Positions 18,391-31,059 are shown, counted from the first letter of the stretch. The stretch is DNA of 64,000 nt from Candidatus Pacebacteria bacterium GW2011_GWA1_46_10 (GCA_001002135.1 LCLP01000001.1:142108-206107), one strand, 5' to 3'. Numbers and translations: made by a program. The notes: a model not told the origin generated them from the letters alone.

Positions 18391-18480
18391 AGCCCAAGTA
18401 TACCACTATTAGTGGACTTTCGAGCTGACGAACACGAGTGCCAAGTTTTACTGGAAAGATGTGAATACCAACTGTAGTAC

Positions 18481-18509
18481 TTGCAGGTGTTAGATCGGTA
18501 TGTTACAAT
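18481..18509 (+). promoter_or_regulatory. rpoB promoter
   Basis: TTGCAG-17 bp-TACAAT with extended -10 TG. Confidence 0.7.
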
Positions 18510-18675
18510 CCCCTGTTATTGTAAACGAGCGCGCACATCTGATTGCATAATGAGCCAAGTCGATCACACAAGATAACCTAAATAACCAAAGAGACCACTT
18601 TAGGGTGCGTCTCTTTTTGTCTGTTGTGGCTGGGGGGCGCGTCAGAGTAAGAAATCAACCGGGAAGGCATTTTCA

Positions 18676-21600
18676 ATGTCACAGTTGCAGCGAGAAAATT
18701 GGGGCAAGCCGCACAAAACCTTACCCCCTCTCGATCTTATTCAACTTCAAAGAGAAAGTTACCAATGGTTTCTCAGTCAGGGAATTAAGGAGTCGCTCCA
18801 AGAAGTGAATGGCGAAACAGGCATCGAAGACTTTACCGGTAAAAACTGGGTGCTTTCTTTTGCCAATCACCGTTTAGGTGAACCCAAATACACTCCCACT
18901 CAAGCGAAAGCTAAGGCAGTTTCCTATGATGTACCGCTCTATGCGCAGGCCACCCTGACCAACAAACGCACCGGTGAAGAACAGACTCAAGAGGTGTTTT
19001 TGGGTGATCTGCCGGTGATGACTGGTGTGGGCACTTTCATTATTAATGGGATTGAGCGGGCGATCATCACTCAGCTTGTGCGCTCGCCTGGAGTCTTTTT
19101 CTTGGGCGATGAAGATCCGAATAGCCGCCGAGTGTTATACCGTGCGGAGCTGCGGCCACTGCGTGGTTCATGGTTGGAGATGACGGTGGGGCGGCGTGAC
19201 GTGATTACGGTGAAGATTGACCGTCGCCGCAAGATGCCAGTGACGGTGTTACTGCGCGCCCTGGGTTATGAAACCAACGATGAAATGCTGGCACTTTTTA
19301 AAGATGTCACCAAACAAGATCAGTTCAATTTATTGGAAAATACTTTGAAAAAAGATGCCACCACCAATCAAGCTGAGGCCTTGATTGAGATTTATGAGAA
19401 GATGCGTCCAGGTGAACCAGCTGTCTTGGATACCGCCCGTGAGTACCTTTCTCAACTTTTCTTTGACTCCAAACGTTACGATCTGGCCCGAGTCGGTCGT
19501 TACAAACTCAATCGTCGCTTAAAGATCGACATCAAGGAAGACCAAACGGTGCTGACTCCAGAAGATGTGGTGGCAACAATCCGCTATTTGATTGATTTGC
19601 AAAATGGTAATGGTAAGGTGGATGACATTGATCACTTAAGTAATCGCCGCGTGCGCCGAGTGGGTGAGTTGGTGCAGACGGGTGCTTTTCGGATTGGATT
19701 AATCCGTTTGGAACGCTCGATCCGCGAGAAAATGTCTCTGACTAAAACCGATGAAACCTTGACTCCGGCGGCACTGGTTAACGCCCGACCACTGATTGCC
19801 ACGATCTCTGAGTTTTTCCGCCGCAACCGTTTGTCAGCCATTTTGGATCAGACTAATCCACTGTCAGAAATTGATAACCTGCGTCGTTTGTCGGTGATGG
19901 GTACGGGCGGTGTGACTCGTGAGCGCGCTTCTTTCTCCATGCGGGATATTAACGCTTCACAATACTCTCGGGTCGACCCTGTTCGTTCACCAGAGGGTCC
20001 AAACATCGGCTTGGTGACGTATTTAGCTCTTTATACCCAAGTGAATAAATATGGTTTTTTGGAGGCGCCGTATTTTGCTGTAGAGAAAAAAGGCAGCAAG
20101 ATGAAGATCAATTACGACCGCATTGTCTATATGTCTGCTGACGAGGAAGAGGATTATAAAATTACTCACGCTGGTATCAACATCGGCAAAGACGGTGTGT
20201 TGGAAGATGAGTGGGTGCCGATGCGCCACATGAATCAGTTTATTGAAGGGCCGGTAACTGACGTGCAGTACATCGACGTCGTACCACGCCAAGTGATTGG
20301 TACTTCAGCTGCGCTGATTCCGTTTATTGCTCATGACGAGGCCAACCGGGCTTTGATGGGGACGCATATGCAGTGTCAAGCAGTACCATTGGTTAAGCCG
20401 GTGGCGCCGATCGTGGGGACAGGGATGGAGGAGGCAGTGGCCATAGCGATGAATCGGACGATTGTCTCACCGTTTGCCGGGACAGTGGAATACGCTGATG
20501 CCAACAAAGTAGTGCTGAAACTCAACAAAAGTGAACACAAGGCCGCCGAGCAGTATTTTACACAGCACAGCAGTGAACACGTGGAATACGACAAGGGAGT
20601 GGTGACCTATCACATTATTAAGTTTGAGCGGACTTCACAAAGCACCTGTTATTCGCAGGTGGTGGCAGTAGATGCCGGTCAAAAAATTCAGGTTGGTGAC
20701 GTACTGATTGATGGACCCTCAGCTGATCATGGAGAATTGGCATTGGGGACGAACCTGTTGATTGCCTATGCGTCGTTTGACGGCTTGGGGTATGAAGACG
20801 CAGTGGTAATCTCTGATCGATTAGTCAAACAAGATACACTGACCTCGATTCAAATCGGTGAGCACAAAGCCAAAGTGATGGATACGCGGCTCGGCCCGGA
20901 AGAACTGACTAATGATATTCCCAATGTGAGCGAAGCTTTCTTAAGTAACTTGACAATGGAGGGCATTATCCGGGTTGGGAGCCAAGTCAATGCCGGTGAC
21001 ATTCTCGTTGGTAAAGTGGCCCCGAAAGGTGAAACCGAGCTGTCGCCGGAAGAGCGGTTACTGCGAGCAATTTTTGGTGAAAAATCCAAAGAAGTACGTG
21101 ATACCTCGATCCGGATGCCTCACGGCGAGAGTGGGACAGTGATTGATGTCCAGATTCTTGACCGTGACCTGGGCGATGAGCTTGATCCTGGCACTCTCAA
21201 AGAAGTGATTGTGCGGGTGGCTCAGATGCGCAAGATCCGGGTGGGTGACAAGCTGGCTGGTCGTCATGGTAACAAAGGCGTGATTTCCAAAATCGTGCCA
21301 GTGGCTGATATGCCGCATTTGGCTGATGGGACGCCGATCGATATTATCATTTCACCGCTCTCGGTGCTGGCTCGGATGAACTTAGGTCAACTATTGGAGG
21401 CACACCTCGGGTGGGCGGCCGACAAGCTGGGGTATCGAGTGGCGGTGCCAGCGTTTGAAAAGATTGATGAAGATCGAATTTGGAGTGAGTTGGAGCGGGC
21501 TGATTTGCCGGGTTCCGGTAAAGTACAGCTCTATGATGGTCGCACTGGTGAGCCGTTCCATGAACAAACGGTGGTGGGAATTGCCTATATGTTGAAGTTG

Positions 21601-22149
21601 TCACACATGGTGGAAGACAAAACTCACGCTCGTTCGACCGGTCCGTACTCATTGGTTACTCAACAACCACTGGGTGGTAAAGCGCAAATGGGTGGTCAGC
21701 GTCTTGGGGAAATGGAAGTGTGGGCGCTGGAAGCACACCGGGCAGCGCATATTTTGCAGGAGATGTTAACGATTAAATCAGATGATGTTCGCGGCCGAGC
21801 TAATGCGTTTGAGGCCATGGTGAAGGGTGAAGAGATCCCAGCGCCCAGTGTGCCGGAATCTTTTAAAGTCTTGATGCGTGAACTAAACTCACTCGGCCTT
21901 AAGGTAGTGCCGATTGATTCGCAGGAGGTGGAGGAAGAAGAAACCTCGGCCGGGCCGATTTCACCAGATGAGTTACCAGAGGACGTGGAAACAGAGGAGA
22001 CCGATGGAGGGGAGAGTGAGGATGATCAAGCCGGTAAGGAGGATCAAGATGAAGAAAATCCTGATTTAGAGTCAATAGACGAGACCGATGATGAATCAGT
22101 AGAAGAGGTCGAAGAAGCAGCAACAGACGAAAAAGGCGAAGACGCCTAA
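18676..22149 (+). CDS. rpoB: RNA polymerase beta subunit
   Basis: GDKLAGRHGNKG, GGQRLGEMEVWALE, PEGPNIGL; acidic C-terminal tail. Confidence 0.99.
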   Translation: MSQLQRENWGKPHKTLPPLDLIQLQRESYQWFLSQGIKESLQEVNGETGIEDFTGKNWVLSFANHRLGEPKYTPTQAKAKAVSYDVPLYAQATLTNKRTGEEQTQEVFLGDLPVMTGVGTFIINGIERAIITQLVRSPGVFFLGDEDPNSRRVLYRAELRPLRGSWLEMTVGRRDVITVKIDRRRKMPVTVLLRALGYETNDEMLALFKDVTKQDQFNLLENTLKKDATTNQAEALIEIYEKMRPGEPAVLDTAREYLSQLFFDSKRYDLARVGRYKLNRRLKIDIKEDQTVLTPEDVVATIRYLIDLQNGNGKVDDIDHLSNRRVRRVGELVQTGAFRIGLIRLERSIREKMSLTKTDETLTPAALVNARPLIATISEFFRRNRLSAILDQTNPLSEIDNLRRLSVMGTGGVTRERASFSMRDINASQYSRVDPVRSPEGPNIGLVTYLALYTQVNKYGFLEAPYFAVEKKGSKMKINYDRIVYMSADEEEDYKITHAGINIGKDGVLEDEWVPMRHMNQFIEGPVTDVQYIDVVPRQVIGTSAALIPFIAHDEANRALMGTHMQCQAVPLVKPVAPIVGTGMEEAVAIAMNRTIVSPFAGTVEYADANKVVLKLNKSEHKAAEQYFTQHSSEHVEYDKGVVTYHIIKFERTSQSTCYSQVVAVDAGQKIQVGDVLIDGPSADHGELALGTNLLIAYASFDGLGYEDAVVISDRLVKQDTLTSIQIGEHKAKVMDTRLGPEELTNDIPNVSEAFLSNLTMEGIIRVGSQVNAGDILVGKVAPKGETELSPEERLLRAIFGEKSKEVRDTSIRMPHGESGTVIDVQILDRDLGDELDPGTLKEVIVRVAQMRKIRVGDKLAGRHGNKGVISKIVPVADMPHLADGTPIDIIISPLSVLARMNLGQLLEAHLGWAADKLGYRVAVPAFEKIDEDRIWSELERADLPGSGKVQLYDGRTGEPFHEQTVVGIAYMLKLSHMVEDKTHARSTGPYSLVTQQPLGGKAQMGGQRLGEMEVWALEAHRAAHILQEMLTIKSDDVRGRANAFEAMVKGEEIPAPSVPESFKVLMRELNSLGLKVVPIDSQEVEEEETSAGPISPDELPEDVETEETDGGESEDDQAGKEDQDEENPDLESIDETDDESVEEVEEAATDEKGEDA

Positions 22150-22164
22150 AAAACAGGAAACCGT

Positions 22165-25100
22165 ATGAGAAATATTGTCGATTTTTCAGCTCTCCAAATT
22201 AGCATTGCCTCTCCCGAGGAAATCCTGTCGTGGTCCCATGGTGAAGTCAAGAAACCGGAAACAATTAACTATCGTTCACTCAAACCGGAAAAAGATGGTT
22301 TATTTGATGAAAAAATCTTCGGTCCGGTTAAAGACTACGAGTGTTACTGCGGTAAATACAAACGCATTCGCTATAAGGGTATTATCTGTGACAAGTGTGG
22401 TGTGGAGGTCACCCAATCCAAGGTCCGCCGTGAGCGCATGGCGCATATTGGCTTGGCCGCCTCAGTGGCCCACATTTGGTTCTTCAAAGGTGCGCCCTCG
22501 AAACTCTCACTCTTGCTGGGTATCTCGCCGCGCAACTTAAACTCGATTATGTACTTTTCCCAATACATTGTGTTGGGGGTGGATGAAGATCAGAAAAAAG
22601 AGGTCTTGGAAAAACTGGAGGTCAGCTTGACCGCGGCACTGGATGAATTGAAGAGCACTGCCGAAACTGATGTCAAGAAATTACAAGCACAATTAAAGAC
22701 TGATATTGCCACACTCAAGGAGAAAGTCAAAAACAAGGAGACTTTGCAATTGAAATTGGAAGAGCTTGAATTAAAGGCCAAGCAGAATATTAGCGCCGTC
22801 AAACAGCAACTTGATACTCAACTGGAGCAAACGACCGAGATTTTCAAGACCGTTAAAACCATGGTTAAAAAAATCAAGCGTAAGAGTGTCTTGAGTGAAG
22901 ATGAGTACCTGAAGTTGGATGAATATGACGCGGCAGAGCATCTGCGGGTTGGGATGGGGGCTGAAAGTATTTTTGAGTTGGTCAAAGAAATTGACATGGA
23001 CAGCTTGGTGGAGGCCCTGCGCTCCGAGATGATTGAAAGCAAGGGAGCCAAACGAGCCAAGGCCACCAAGCGTCTGCGGGTGGTGGAAGGCTTTAAGAAA
23101 GCCGGCATCAATCCTTCCTGGACGTTCCTCAATGTCTTGCCGGTGCTGCCGCCGGATCTACGGCCGATGGTTCAGTTATCTGGTGGCCGGTTTGCTTCAT
23201 CTGATTTGAATGATTTATATCGCCGGGTGATTAACCGCAATAACCGTTTAAAGCACCTCATTAATCTTGGCGCACCGGAAATTATTTTGCGTAACGAGAA
23301 ACGGATGCTGCAGGAGGCAGTTGATTCATTGATTGACAGTTCACAGGCGCGTCAAACTCGCCGCCGGGTCAGTCGCCGGCCACTGCGCTCACTCTCGGAA
23401 ATGCTGCGGGGCAAACAGGGTCGTTTCCGCCAGAACCTGTTGGGGAAGCGGGTTGACTACTCCGGCCGCAGTGTGATTGTGGTTGGTCCGGAACTGGAAC
23501 TCAATCAGTGTGGTCTGCCCAAAGACACGGCACTCGAGATCTTTAAGCCGTATGTGCTGCGCGAACTGATTGTTCAAGGAATAGCGCCAAATGTGAAAAG
23601 CGCTCGCCACCTAGTGGATCGCCGCGAACCGGAAGTGTATGACGTGTTGGAGAAGGTGACCACGAATCACCCGGTCATTTTGAACCGTGCTCCAACGCTT
23701 CATAAGCTCGGTATGCAGGCGTTCTACCCGCAACTTATCGAGGGTAGTGCCATCCGGTTGCACCCGTGTGTCTGTGCCGGTTACAACGCTGACTTTGACG
23801 GTGACCAAATGGCGGTGCACGTGCCATTGACCAAAGAGGCGCGTGAAGAGGCGGTTGAACTGATGATGTCTACCCACAACCTCTTGAAACCGGCCAACGG
23901 CGAACCGATCACGGTACCAAACAAAGATATGGCGATGGGTGTTTATTACTACACCACCATTGATGAGGAATTGGAAAAATTCCCGACGATTTTCTCCGCC
24001 AAAGACGAAGCTTATCACGCCTTCCAAATTGGATTAATCGGCCGGCGCCAGCTCATCACCGTGCGCTTGCCGGAACAGGGTCTGGTTGTTACCACTATTG
24101 GCCGGTTGTCCTTCAACGATTTATTACCAGCGGGTTCCGATTACATCAATGAGCCGGTCAGAGCCAAAGAAATTAAGGAATTGGTGACCCTGGCTATCGA
24201 GCAGCTCCCCGATGAAGAAGTGGCCCGGTTGATTGATGCCATTAAAAATCTCGGTTTTGACGCCGCCACGAATTCCGGTTTATCAGTGTCAGTGACCGAC
24301 TGCCGCATGATTGATGCCAAAGCAGAAATTATTGATTTGGCGAATAAGCGCGTGGAGCAAGTTCAGGAAAGTTACCAGAATGGTTTGATTACGGATGAAG
24401 AACGCCGCCGTAAATCGATTGAAGTGTGGATGGAAACGACTGACGAGTTGGCTGAAAAAACCTGGAACTCCTACACCGATAAAAATTCGGTCAAAATCAT
24501 GATTGATTCCGGCGGCACCCGTGCTTCCAAAGATCAGGTTAAACAGCTGGCAGCCATGCGGGGTTTGGTGGTTGATCCGTTGGGCAATATTGTGGAAATG
24601 CCGACGAAATCGAATTTCCGCCAAGGTTTGACGATCTTCGAATACGTCACTTCCGCTCGCGGTTCCCGCAAAGGTCTGACCGACTCGGCCATTAAAACTG
24701 CCGATGCCGGGTATCTTACTCGTCGTTTAAGTGACGTGGCTCATGACGCCATTATCCGGATTGAAGATTGTGAAACGACCAAGGGGGTAGAGGTCAGCAA
24801 GGCTACTCGCCGCGATTCTTTCTACAGTCGTATCTTAGGGAGATTTTTGGCGGAGGATGTGAAAGATGGTCGTAAGCATATCGCCAAAAAAGGTGATTTG
24901 GTTGATGCCAAATTGGCGCAAGTGATTGACCGAGCAGAAGGAGTGGAAACAGTAATAATCCGTTCGCCAATGACGTGCGAAGCTCGCAAGGGTTTGTGTC
25001 AGCACTGTTACGGTTGGGATTTTGCCACCCGTGAATTGGTCAGAGTCGGGGTGCCGGTGGGAGTGATTGCTGCTCAGTCGATCGGTGAGCCGGGGACTCA

Positions 25101-25851
25101 GTTGACGATGCGGGTGAAACACACCGGCGGTATTGTCGGTCTGGATGTGACGCAAGGTTTGCCACGGGTGGAGGAACTGCTGGAAGCACGGACGCCAAAA
25201 GTCCAGGCTATTGTGGCTAAAGTAGCCGGCAAGGTGAAACTGCAGGAGAGCGAGCATGAAAAGACGCTGATAATTCGCTCCACTTCAACTCCTTCGGAAG
25301 AGGAAAGCTATGTCGTGCCAACCGGGAAAACTTTGACTGTCTCAGACGGTGACTTGGTTCACCCAGGCCAGCTGCTCACTTCAGGTGGAGCGGATATTCA
25401 AGAACTGTTACAGCTGCAAGGCTTGGTCTATGCCCAGCAGCATATTGTCGATCAAGTCCAGCACGTCTATGAATCTCAAGGCATTGTTATCAATGATCGT
25501 CACTTTGAAGTGATTGCCCGCAAGATGGGTGACAAACTGCGTATTGAGATGAGTGGTGATACAGAATTCCTGACTGGTGAAATTGTCGAGCGCAGCCGCT
25601 TTATGGCGGTCAACGATGAAGCGATGGCAGCAGGCGGTCAGCCGGCCACGGCCAAAGTGCTACTGCTTGGCATTACTCGTTCGTCACTGTTCACTGATTC
25701 CTGGTTATCAGCGGCTTCATTCCAGCACACCAAACATGTACTGACTGACGCAGCCTCGGCCGGAAAGATTGATAATTTGGAAGGGTTGAAGGAAAACGTC
25801 ATCATCGGTCGGTTGATCCCTACCAGCGAAGAAAGAGCCAGAGATATTTAA
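22165..25851 (+). CDS. rpoC: RNA polymerase beta' subunit
   Basis: [29 protein letters not shown]. Confidence 0.99.
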   Translation: MRNIVDFSALQISIASPEEILSWSHGEVKKPETINYRSLKPEKDGLFDEKIFGPVKDYECYCGKYKRIRYKGIICDKCGVEVTQSKVRRERMAHIGLAASVAHIWFFKGAPSKLSLLLGISPRNLNSIMYFSQYIVLGVDEDQKKEVLEKLEVSLTAALDELKSTAETDVKKLQAQLKTDIATLKEKVKNKETLQLKLEELELKAKQNISAVKQQLDTQLEQTTEIFKTVKTMVKKIKRKSVLSEDEYLKLDEYDAAEHLRVGMGAESIFELVKEIDMDSLVEALRSEMIESKGAKRAKATKRLRVVEGFKKAGINPSWTFLNVLPVLPPDLRPMVQLSGGRFASSDLNDLYRRVINRNNRLKHLINLGAPEIILRNEKRMLQEAVDSLIDSSQARQTRRRVSRRPLRSLSEMLRGKQGRFRQNLLGKRVDYSGRSVIVVGPELELNQCGLPKDTALEIFKPYVLRELIVQGIAPNVKSARHLVDRREPEVYDVLEKVTTNHPVILNRAPTLHKLGMQAFYPQLIEGSAIRLHPCVCAGYNADFDGDQMAVHVPLTKEAREEAVELMMSTHNLLKPANGEPITVPNKDMAMGVYYYTTIDEELEKFPTIFSAKDEAYHAFQIGLIGRRQLITVRLPEQGLVVTTIGRLSFNDLLPAGSDYINEPVRAKEIKELVTLAIEQLPDEEVARLIDAIKNLGFDAATNSGLSVSVTDCRMIDAKAEIIDLANKRVEQVQESYQNGLITDEERRRKSIEVWMETTDELAEKTWNSYTDKNSVKIMIDSGGTRASKDQVKQLAAMRGLVVDPLGNIVEMPTKSNFRQGLTIFEYVTSARGSRKGLTDSAIKTADAGYLTRRLSDVAHDAIIRIEDCETTKGVEVSKATRRDSFYSRILGRFLAEDVKDGRKHIAKKGDLVDAKLAQVIDRAEGVETVIIRSPMTCEARKGLCQHCYGWDFATRELVRVGVPVGVIAAQSIGEPGTQLTMRVKHTGGIVGLDVTQGLPRVEELLEARTPKVQAIVAKVAGKVKLQESEHEKTLIIRSTSTPSEEESYVVPTGKTLTVSDGDLVHPGQLLTSGGADIQELLQLQGLVYAQQHIVDQVQHVYESQGIVINDRHFEVIARKMGDKLRIEMSGDTEFLTGEIVERSRFMAVNDEAMAAGGQPATAKVLLLGITRSSLFTDSWLSAASFQHTKHVLTDAASAGKIDNLEGLKENVIIGRLIPTSEERARDI

Positions 25852-25853
25852 CA

Positions 25854-25869
25854 GGTATGTTACAATCCC
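25854..25869 (+). promoter_or_regulatory. Extended -10 promoter of the str operon
   Basis: GGTATGTTACAATCCC, identical to 18497-18512. Confidence 0.6.
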
Positions 25870-25907
25870 AAGATCAAAATTGGGAAAGAAAGATATAATA
25901 CAAACAA

Positions 25908-26321
25908 ATGCCAACCATTAATCAACTCGTCAGAAAAGGTGGTCGCACTCGCCGTTTATCTCGAGTCAAGGCTACAGCGCTACGGCGCAGTTTTAACTCA
26001 CTGACGAACCGACCGGTGAAAACGACTAACCCGATGAAGCGGGGAGTGTGTACTGTGGTCAAGACTATGACACCAAAAAAGCCAAACTCGGCGTTGCGGA
26101 AAGTGGCTCGGGTCCGTTTATCCAATCGGATGGAAGTGACGGCCTACATCATGGGTGAAGGCCACAACTTGGCTGAACACAGTGTGGTGATGGTCCGTGG
26201 TGGTCGGGTTAAAGATCTTCCTGGTGTGAAATACCATATTGTCCGGGGTAAATATGACACTGCCGGTGTTGATAACCGCCAGTCGAGCCGCAGTAAATAC
26301 GGAGTGAAACGAGCCAAGTAA
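25908..26321 (+). CDS. rpsL: 30S protein S12
   Basis: [18 protein letters not shown]. Confidence 0.99.
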   Translation: MPTINQLVRKGGRTRRLSRVKATALRRSFNSLTNRPVKTTNPMKRGVCTVVKTMTPKKPNSALRKVARVRLSNRMEVTAYIMGEGHNLAEHSVVMVRGGRVKDLPGVKYHIVRGKYDTAGVDNRQSSRSKYGVKRAK

Positions 26322-26324
26322 ACT

Positions 26325-26801
26325 ATGAGGACCAAGCAAGCCAAACTGCGAGCAGTGTCGGCAGACCCGAAGTATGGGTCAACTTTGATATCTCAACTGA
26401 TTAATCGTTCGATGGTTGATGGCAAAAAAACTGTGGCCCAAAAGCATGTGTACACTGCCTTGGAAATGGTGGCGCAGAAAACCAAGCAAAAACCGCTGGA
26501 AGTACTTGAATCAGCCCTGCGCAATATTACCCCGCAGATGGAAGTGCGCACCCGCCGAGTGGGGGGAGCTTCTTATCAGGTGCCGATGCCGGTGCGTACT
26601 CGCCGTGGTTTCTCGCTGGCGGTGCGTTGGTTGGTGATTGAGGCTAACAAGCGCCCAAATAAAGAGTTTCACACCTATTCAGAGAAGCTGGCGGCTGAGA
26701 TCCTGTCGGCTGTCGACAACACGGGTGGAGCGATCGAGAAAAAGTTAACTTCCCACCGAATGGCAGAAGCGAACAAAGCATTTTCACATTTCCGTTGGTA
26801 A
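26325..26801 (+). CDS. rpsG: 30S protein S7
   Basis: RRVGGASYQVP, HRMAEANKAF. Confidence 0.99.
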   Translation: MRTKQAKLRAVSADPKYGSTLISQLINRSMVDGKKTVAQKHVYTALEMVAQKTKQKPLEVLESALRNITPQMEVRTRRVGGASYQVPMPVRTRRGFSLAVRWLVIEANKRPNKEFHTYSEKLAAEILSAVDNTGGAIEKKLTSHRMAEANKAFSHFRW

Positions 26802-26875
26802 ACACTACCCTGGCACGTTTAAGAACTGCCATTCAAAACGAAAAGTATTATTTTATTTAAAACAACCAAAACGTC

Positions 26876-29011
26876 ATGTCTGAAAAAAGCGCCAATAAGC
26901 AAGTCCCGCTGGAGCGTGTCCGAAACATCGGCATTATCGCTCATATTGACGCGGGCAAAACGACCACCACGGAACGGATTTTGTTTTACACTGGTCGCAC
27001 CTACAAGATCGGCGAGGTCCACGAGGGTGAGGCGACGATGGACTGGATGGAGCAGGAAAAAGAGCGGGGGATCACGATTGTTTCGGCCGCGACCACTACT
27101 TTTTGGACACCGTACTTTGAGGGTCATCTCCCGAAGGCTGAATACCGATTCAATATTATTGATACTCCAGGTCACGTCGATTTTACTGCTGAGGTGGAGC
27201 GGTCACTGCGGGTTTTGGATGGCGGTATTACTGTTTTGGATGCCTCCGAAGGAGTGCAGTCACAGTCAGAAACAGTCTGGCGTCAGGCCGACAAATACAA
27301 TGTACCTCGTATCTGTTTCGTTAACAAAATGGATAAACTCGGCGCTGATTTCTTGGCCACGGTTGAGGATATTCGCACCAAGTTTGGCGTGAAGCCGGCG
27401 GTGATGGTGCTGCCAATGGGAGCGGAGAATAATTTCAAGGGTGTGATTCAGCTGTTGGAGCGCCAGGCGCTCTTTTGGAAAGATACAGCGGCTGATACAG
27501 AACCAACCGTGCAGGATATTCCGGAAGAGTACCGAGCTCAGGTTGAAGAACTGCGTGCTCAGTTAATTGAATCGATTGCTGAAACTGATGACAAATTAAT
27601 GGAAAAATTCTTAAACGAACAGGAGATGGAAATCAATGAATTGAAAATGGCGCTGCGCAAAGCAGTTATTAATTATCAATTAGTACCGATCTTGGCCGGT
27701 TCTTCGCTCAAAAATACCGGCATTCAACCATTACTGGATGCAGTGGTGGAATATTTGCCTTCACCAGTCGACATTGATGAAGTAAAGGGGACAAAACCAG
27801 GGACTGATGAAGAGGTAGTCAGAAAGCTGGTGCCAGAAGAAAAATTTGCCGGATTGGCATTTAAAATTCAAACTGATCCGCACGTCGGAAAATTGACGTA
27901 TGTTCGTGTTTATTCAGGCACACTGAAAGCGGGCAGCTATGCGTACAACGCCACGCGCGATGAAAAAGAACGGGTGGGGCGCTTACTGTTGATGCACGCC
28001 AACCAGCGTGAAGAGATCAGTGAAGCCCGGGCCGGTGAGATCGTGGCAGTGGTAGGACTTCGCGCCACCAAGACTGGTGATACCTTGGCTGATGAAAGTG
28101 AGCCGATTATTTTGGAAGGGATTACTTTTGCTGAACCAGTGATCAGCTTGGCCATTGAACCAAAGACTAAGGCCGACCAGGAGAAAATGGGCTTGGCACT
28201 CAATAAGTTGTCCGAGGAAGATCCGACATTTAATATTAAGGTTAATCATGAAACTGGCCAAACTATTATTGGTGGCATGGGTGAACTACACCTGGAGATT
28301 ATTGTGGACCGGATGAAGCGTGAGTTTCATGTCGCGGCCAATGTCGGTGCGCCACAAGTGGCGTATCGTGAAACGATTACCAAGCCGGCTGAAGGTGAAG
28401 GCAAGTACATCAAGCAAACTGGTGGTCGCGGTCAGTACGGTCATGTTTTACTCAGGATTGAACCAAAAGACCGAGGCACTGGGTATGAGTTTGTGGATGA
28501 GATCACCGGCGGAGTAGTGCCGCGTGAATACATCGAACCGGTGAATAAAGGGGTTCAGGAATCATTGGAGCGCGGGTTTTTGGCTGGCTATCCCATGACT
28601 GATCTGCAGGTAGCGCTCTATGACGGTTCGTATCACGAGGTGGACTCCAGTGAGTTGGCTTTTAAAATGGCCGGCTCTTTAGGTCTTCGCGAGGCGGTTA
28701 AAAATGCCGGTATGGTCTTGTTGGAGCCGATCATGAAGCTGGAAGTGACTAGTCCGGAAAACTTCATGGGTGATGTGATTGGGGATTTGGGTGGTCGGCG
28801 CGCCCAGATTCAGGGCACCACTACTAGAGGAAATGTGGTTATTATTACAGCACTCGTGCCGTTGGCAGAGATGCAGGGCTATGTTACAATTCTAAGGAGC
28901 ATGACCCAAGGGCGTGCTAGTAGTGTATTGCTCCCAAGTCACTACGACGAAGTACCCAAGAGCATTACTGACAAGATCGTGGCAGAACGCGAAGGCACAC
29001 ATCGACGGTAA
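26876..29011 (+). CDS. fusA: Elongation factor G
   Basis: [28 protein letters not shown]. Confidence 0.99.
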   Translation: MSEKSANKQVPLERVRNIGIIAHIDAGKTTTTERILFYTGRTYKIGEVHEGEATMDWMEQEKERGITIVSAATTTFWTPYFEGHLPKAEYRFNIIDTPGHVDFTAEVERSLRVLDGGITVLDASEGVQSQSETVWRQADKYNVPRICFVNKMDKLGADFLATVEDIRTKFGVKPAVMVLPMGAENNFKGVIQLLERQALFWKDTAADTEPTVQDIPEEYRAQVEELRAQLIESIAETDDKLMEKFLNEQEMEINELKMALRKAVINYQLVPILAGSSLKNTGIQPLLDAVVEYLPSPVDIDEVKGTKPGTDEEVVRKLVPEEKFAGLAFKIQTDPHVGKLTYVRVYSGTLKAGSYAYNATRDEKERVGRLLLMHANQREEISEARAGEIVAVVGLRATKTGDTLADESEPIILEGITFAEPVISLAIEPKTKADQEKMGLALNKLSEEDPTFNIKVNHETGQTIIGGMGELHLEIIVDRMKREFHVAANVGAPQVAYRETITKPAEGEGKYIKQTGGRGQYGHVLLRIEPKDRGTGYEFVDEITGGVVPREYIEPVNKGVQESLERGFLAGYPMTDLQVALYDGSYHEVDSSELAFKMAGSLGLREAVKNAGMVLLEPIMKLEVTSPENFMGDVIGDLGGRRAQIQGTTTRGNVVIITALVPLAEMQGYVTILRSMTQGRASSVLLPSHYDEVPKSITDKIVAEREGTHRR
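28862..28890 (+). promoter_or_regulatory. Putative fusA-internal promoter for the small ORF and tuf
   Basis: TTGGCA-17 bp-TACAAT with extended TG. Confidence 0.5.
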
Positions 29012-29041
29012 GTATCAGTAATTAAAATAGAGGAAGAATAC

Positions 29042-29218
29042 ATGTCAGAAGAAAAAGATCATGGCCATATGGCGGACAGAACCGATATTGCTAAAGCAAA
29101 AGAAGCTTTAGCCAAGTTGCGGTTGAAGCAAGAAGGGAGACAAGTTACTCCTGCTGGGGTTGCTGAAACAATTTCCGAAACAGAACAGAATAAGGGAGAA
29201 GCTCGTTACGAGGACTAA
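29042..29218 (+). CDS. 58-aa hypothetical protein between fusA and tuf
   Basis: AGAGGAAG RBS; MSEEKDHGHMADRTDIAKAKEALAKLRLKQEG..RYED*. Confidence 0.6.
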   Translation: MSEEKDHGHMADRTDIAKAKEALAKLRLKQEGRQVTPAGVAETISETEQNKGEARYED

Positions 29219-29259
29219 AATTAGTAATTAATTAGTAAAAATATTATTTAAAGGAAACT

Positions 29260-30450
<1,191 letters not shown>

Positions 30451-30472
30451 TTGATCTCTTGATAAACAAAAG

Positions 30473-30502
30473 AAAACCCCCCGATTCTATCGGGGGGTTT
30501 TT
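30473..30502 (+). terminator. Intrinsic terminator of tuf
   Basis: AAAACCCCCCGAT-TCT-ATCGGGGGGTTTTT. Confidence 0.88.
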
Positions 30503-30504
30503 GG

Positions 30505-30729
30505 TTGAGTCTTTTCTGTACCTCTGGTATAATTAGTACTTCGCCCCGCCACGGCGGGGCCAGACGGGATGAATGGGGCAAAACTCCCCAAACTCCTGGT
30601 TTGTGCTATACATGAGGCGTCTTGTCGAGTATAATCACGCTTTATGTTTTGGATACCTCTGGTGTTCCAGAGGAAAAAGTTGTTGGTTCCCCGACTTTGA
30701 TCGGGGGACGAACCGATAACAAGTAAATT
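30505..30729 (+). promoter_or_regulatory. Tandem promoters and structured leader of the S10 operon
   Basis: TTGAGT-17-TATAAT (30505-30533), second TATAAT (30630-30635), four hairpins. Confidence 0.55.
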
Positions 30730-31059
30730 ATGGCGAAAACGAATAGTACACAAGGTGTGTATAAAATCCGCGTCCGGCTCAAATCGTATGACCACCGAGT
30801 GATCGATGAAGCCAGCCGCAAGATTTTACAAACTGCTTTGTCTACGGGAGCGAAAGTGGTGGGGCCAGTGCCTTTGCCAACCCATCGCAAGTCGTTTACA
30901 GTCTTGACCTCACCCAACGCGGATAAAAACGCCCAGGAACATTACGAGATCAGGACGCACAAACGGTTGATCGAGATTATTAATCCGACTAATAAGACGA
31001 TTGACTCCCTGATGCATTTGGAGTTGCCCGCTGGGGTAGATATCCAAATCAAGATGTAA
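30730..31059 (+). CDS. rpsJ: 30S protein S10
   Basis: [23 protein letters not shown]. Confidence 0.98.
   Translation: MAKTNSTQGVYKIRVRLKSYDHRVIDEASRKILQTALSTGAKVVGPVPLPTHRKSFTVLTSPNADKNAQEHYEIRTHKRLIEIINPTNKTIDSLMHLELPAGVDIQIKM

Noticed and set aside
17929-18392. Plus-strand ORFs 17929-18117, 18029-18235 and 18189-18392 (two share TEVPDE)
   Set aside because: The shared peptide is just the translated 17-bp repeat; the minus-strand CxxC ORFs with a promoter explain the region better.
17957-18433. CTGACGA (hammerhead-like CUGANGA) at 17957, 18328 and 18425
   Set aside because: No stem II followed by GAAA and no UH cleavage site arrangement; G.U pairs indicate the structured strand is the opposite one.
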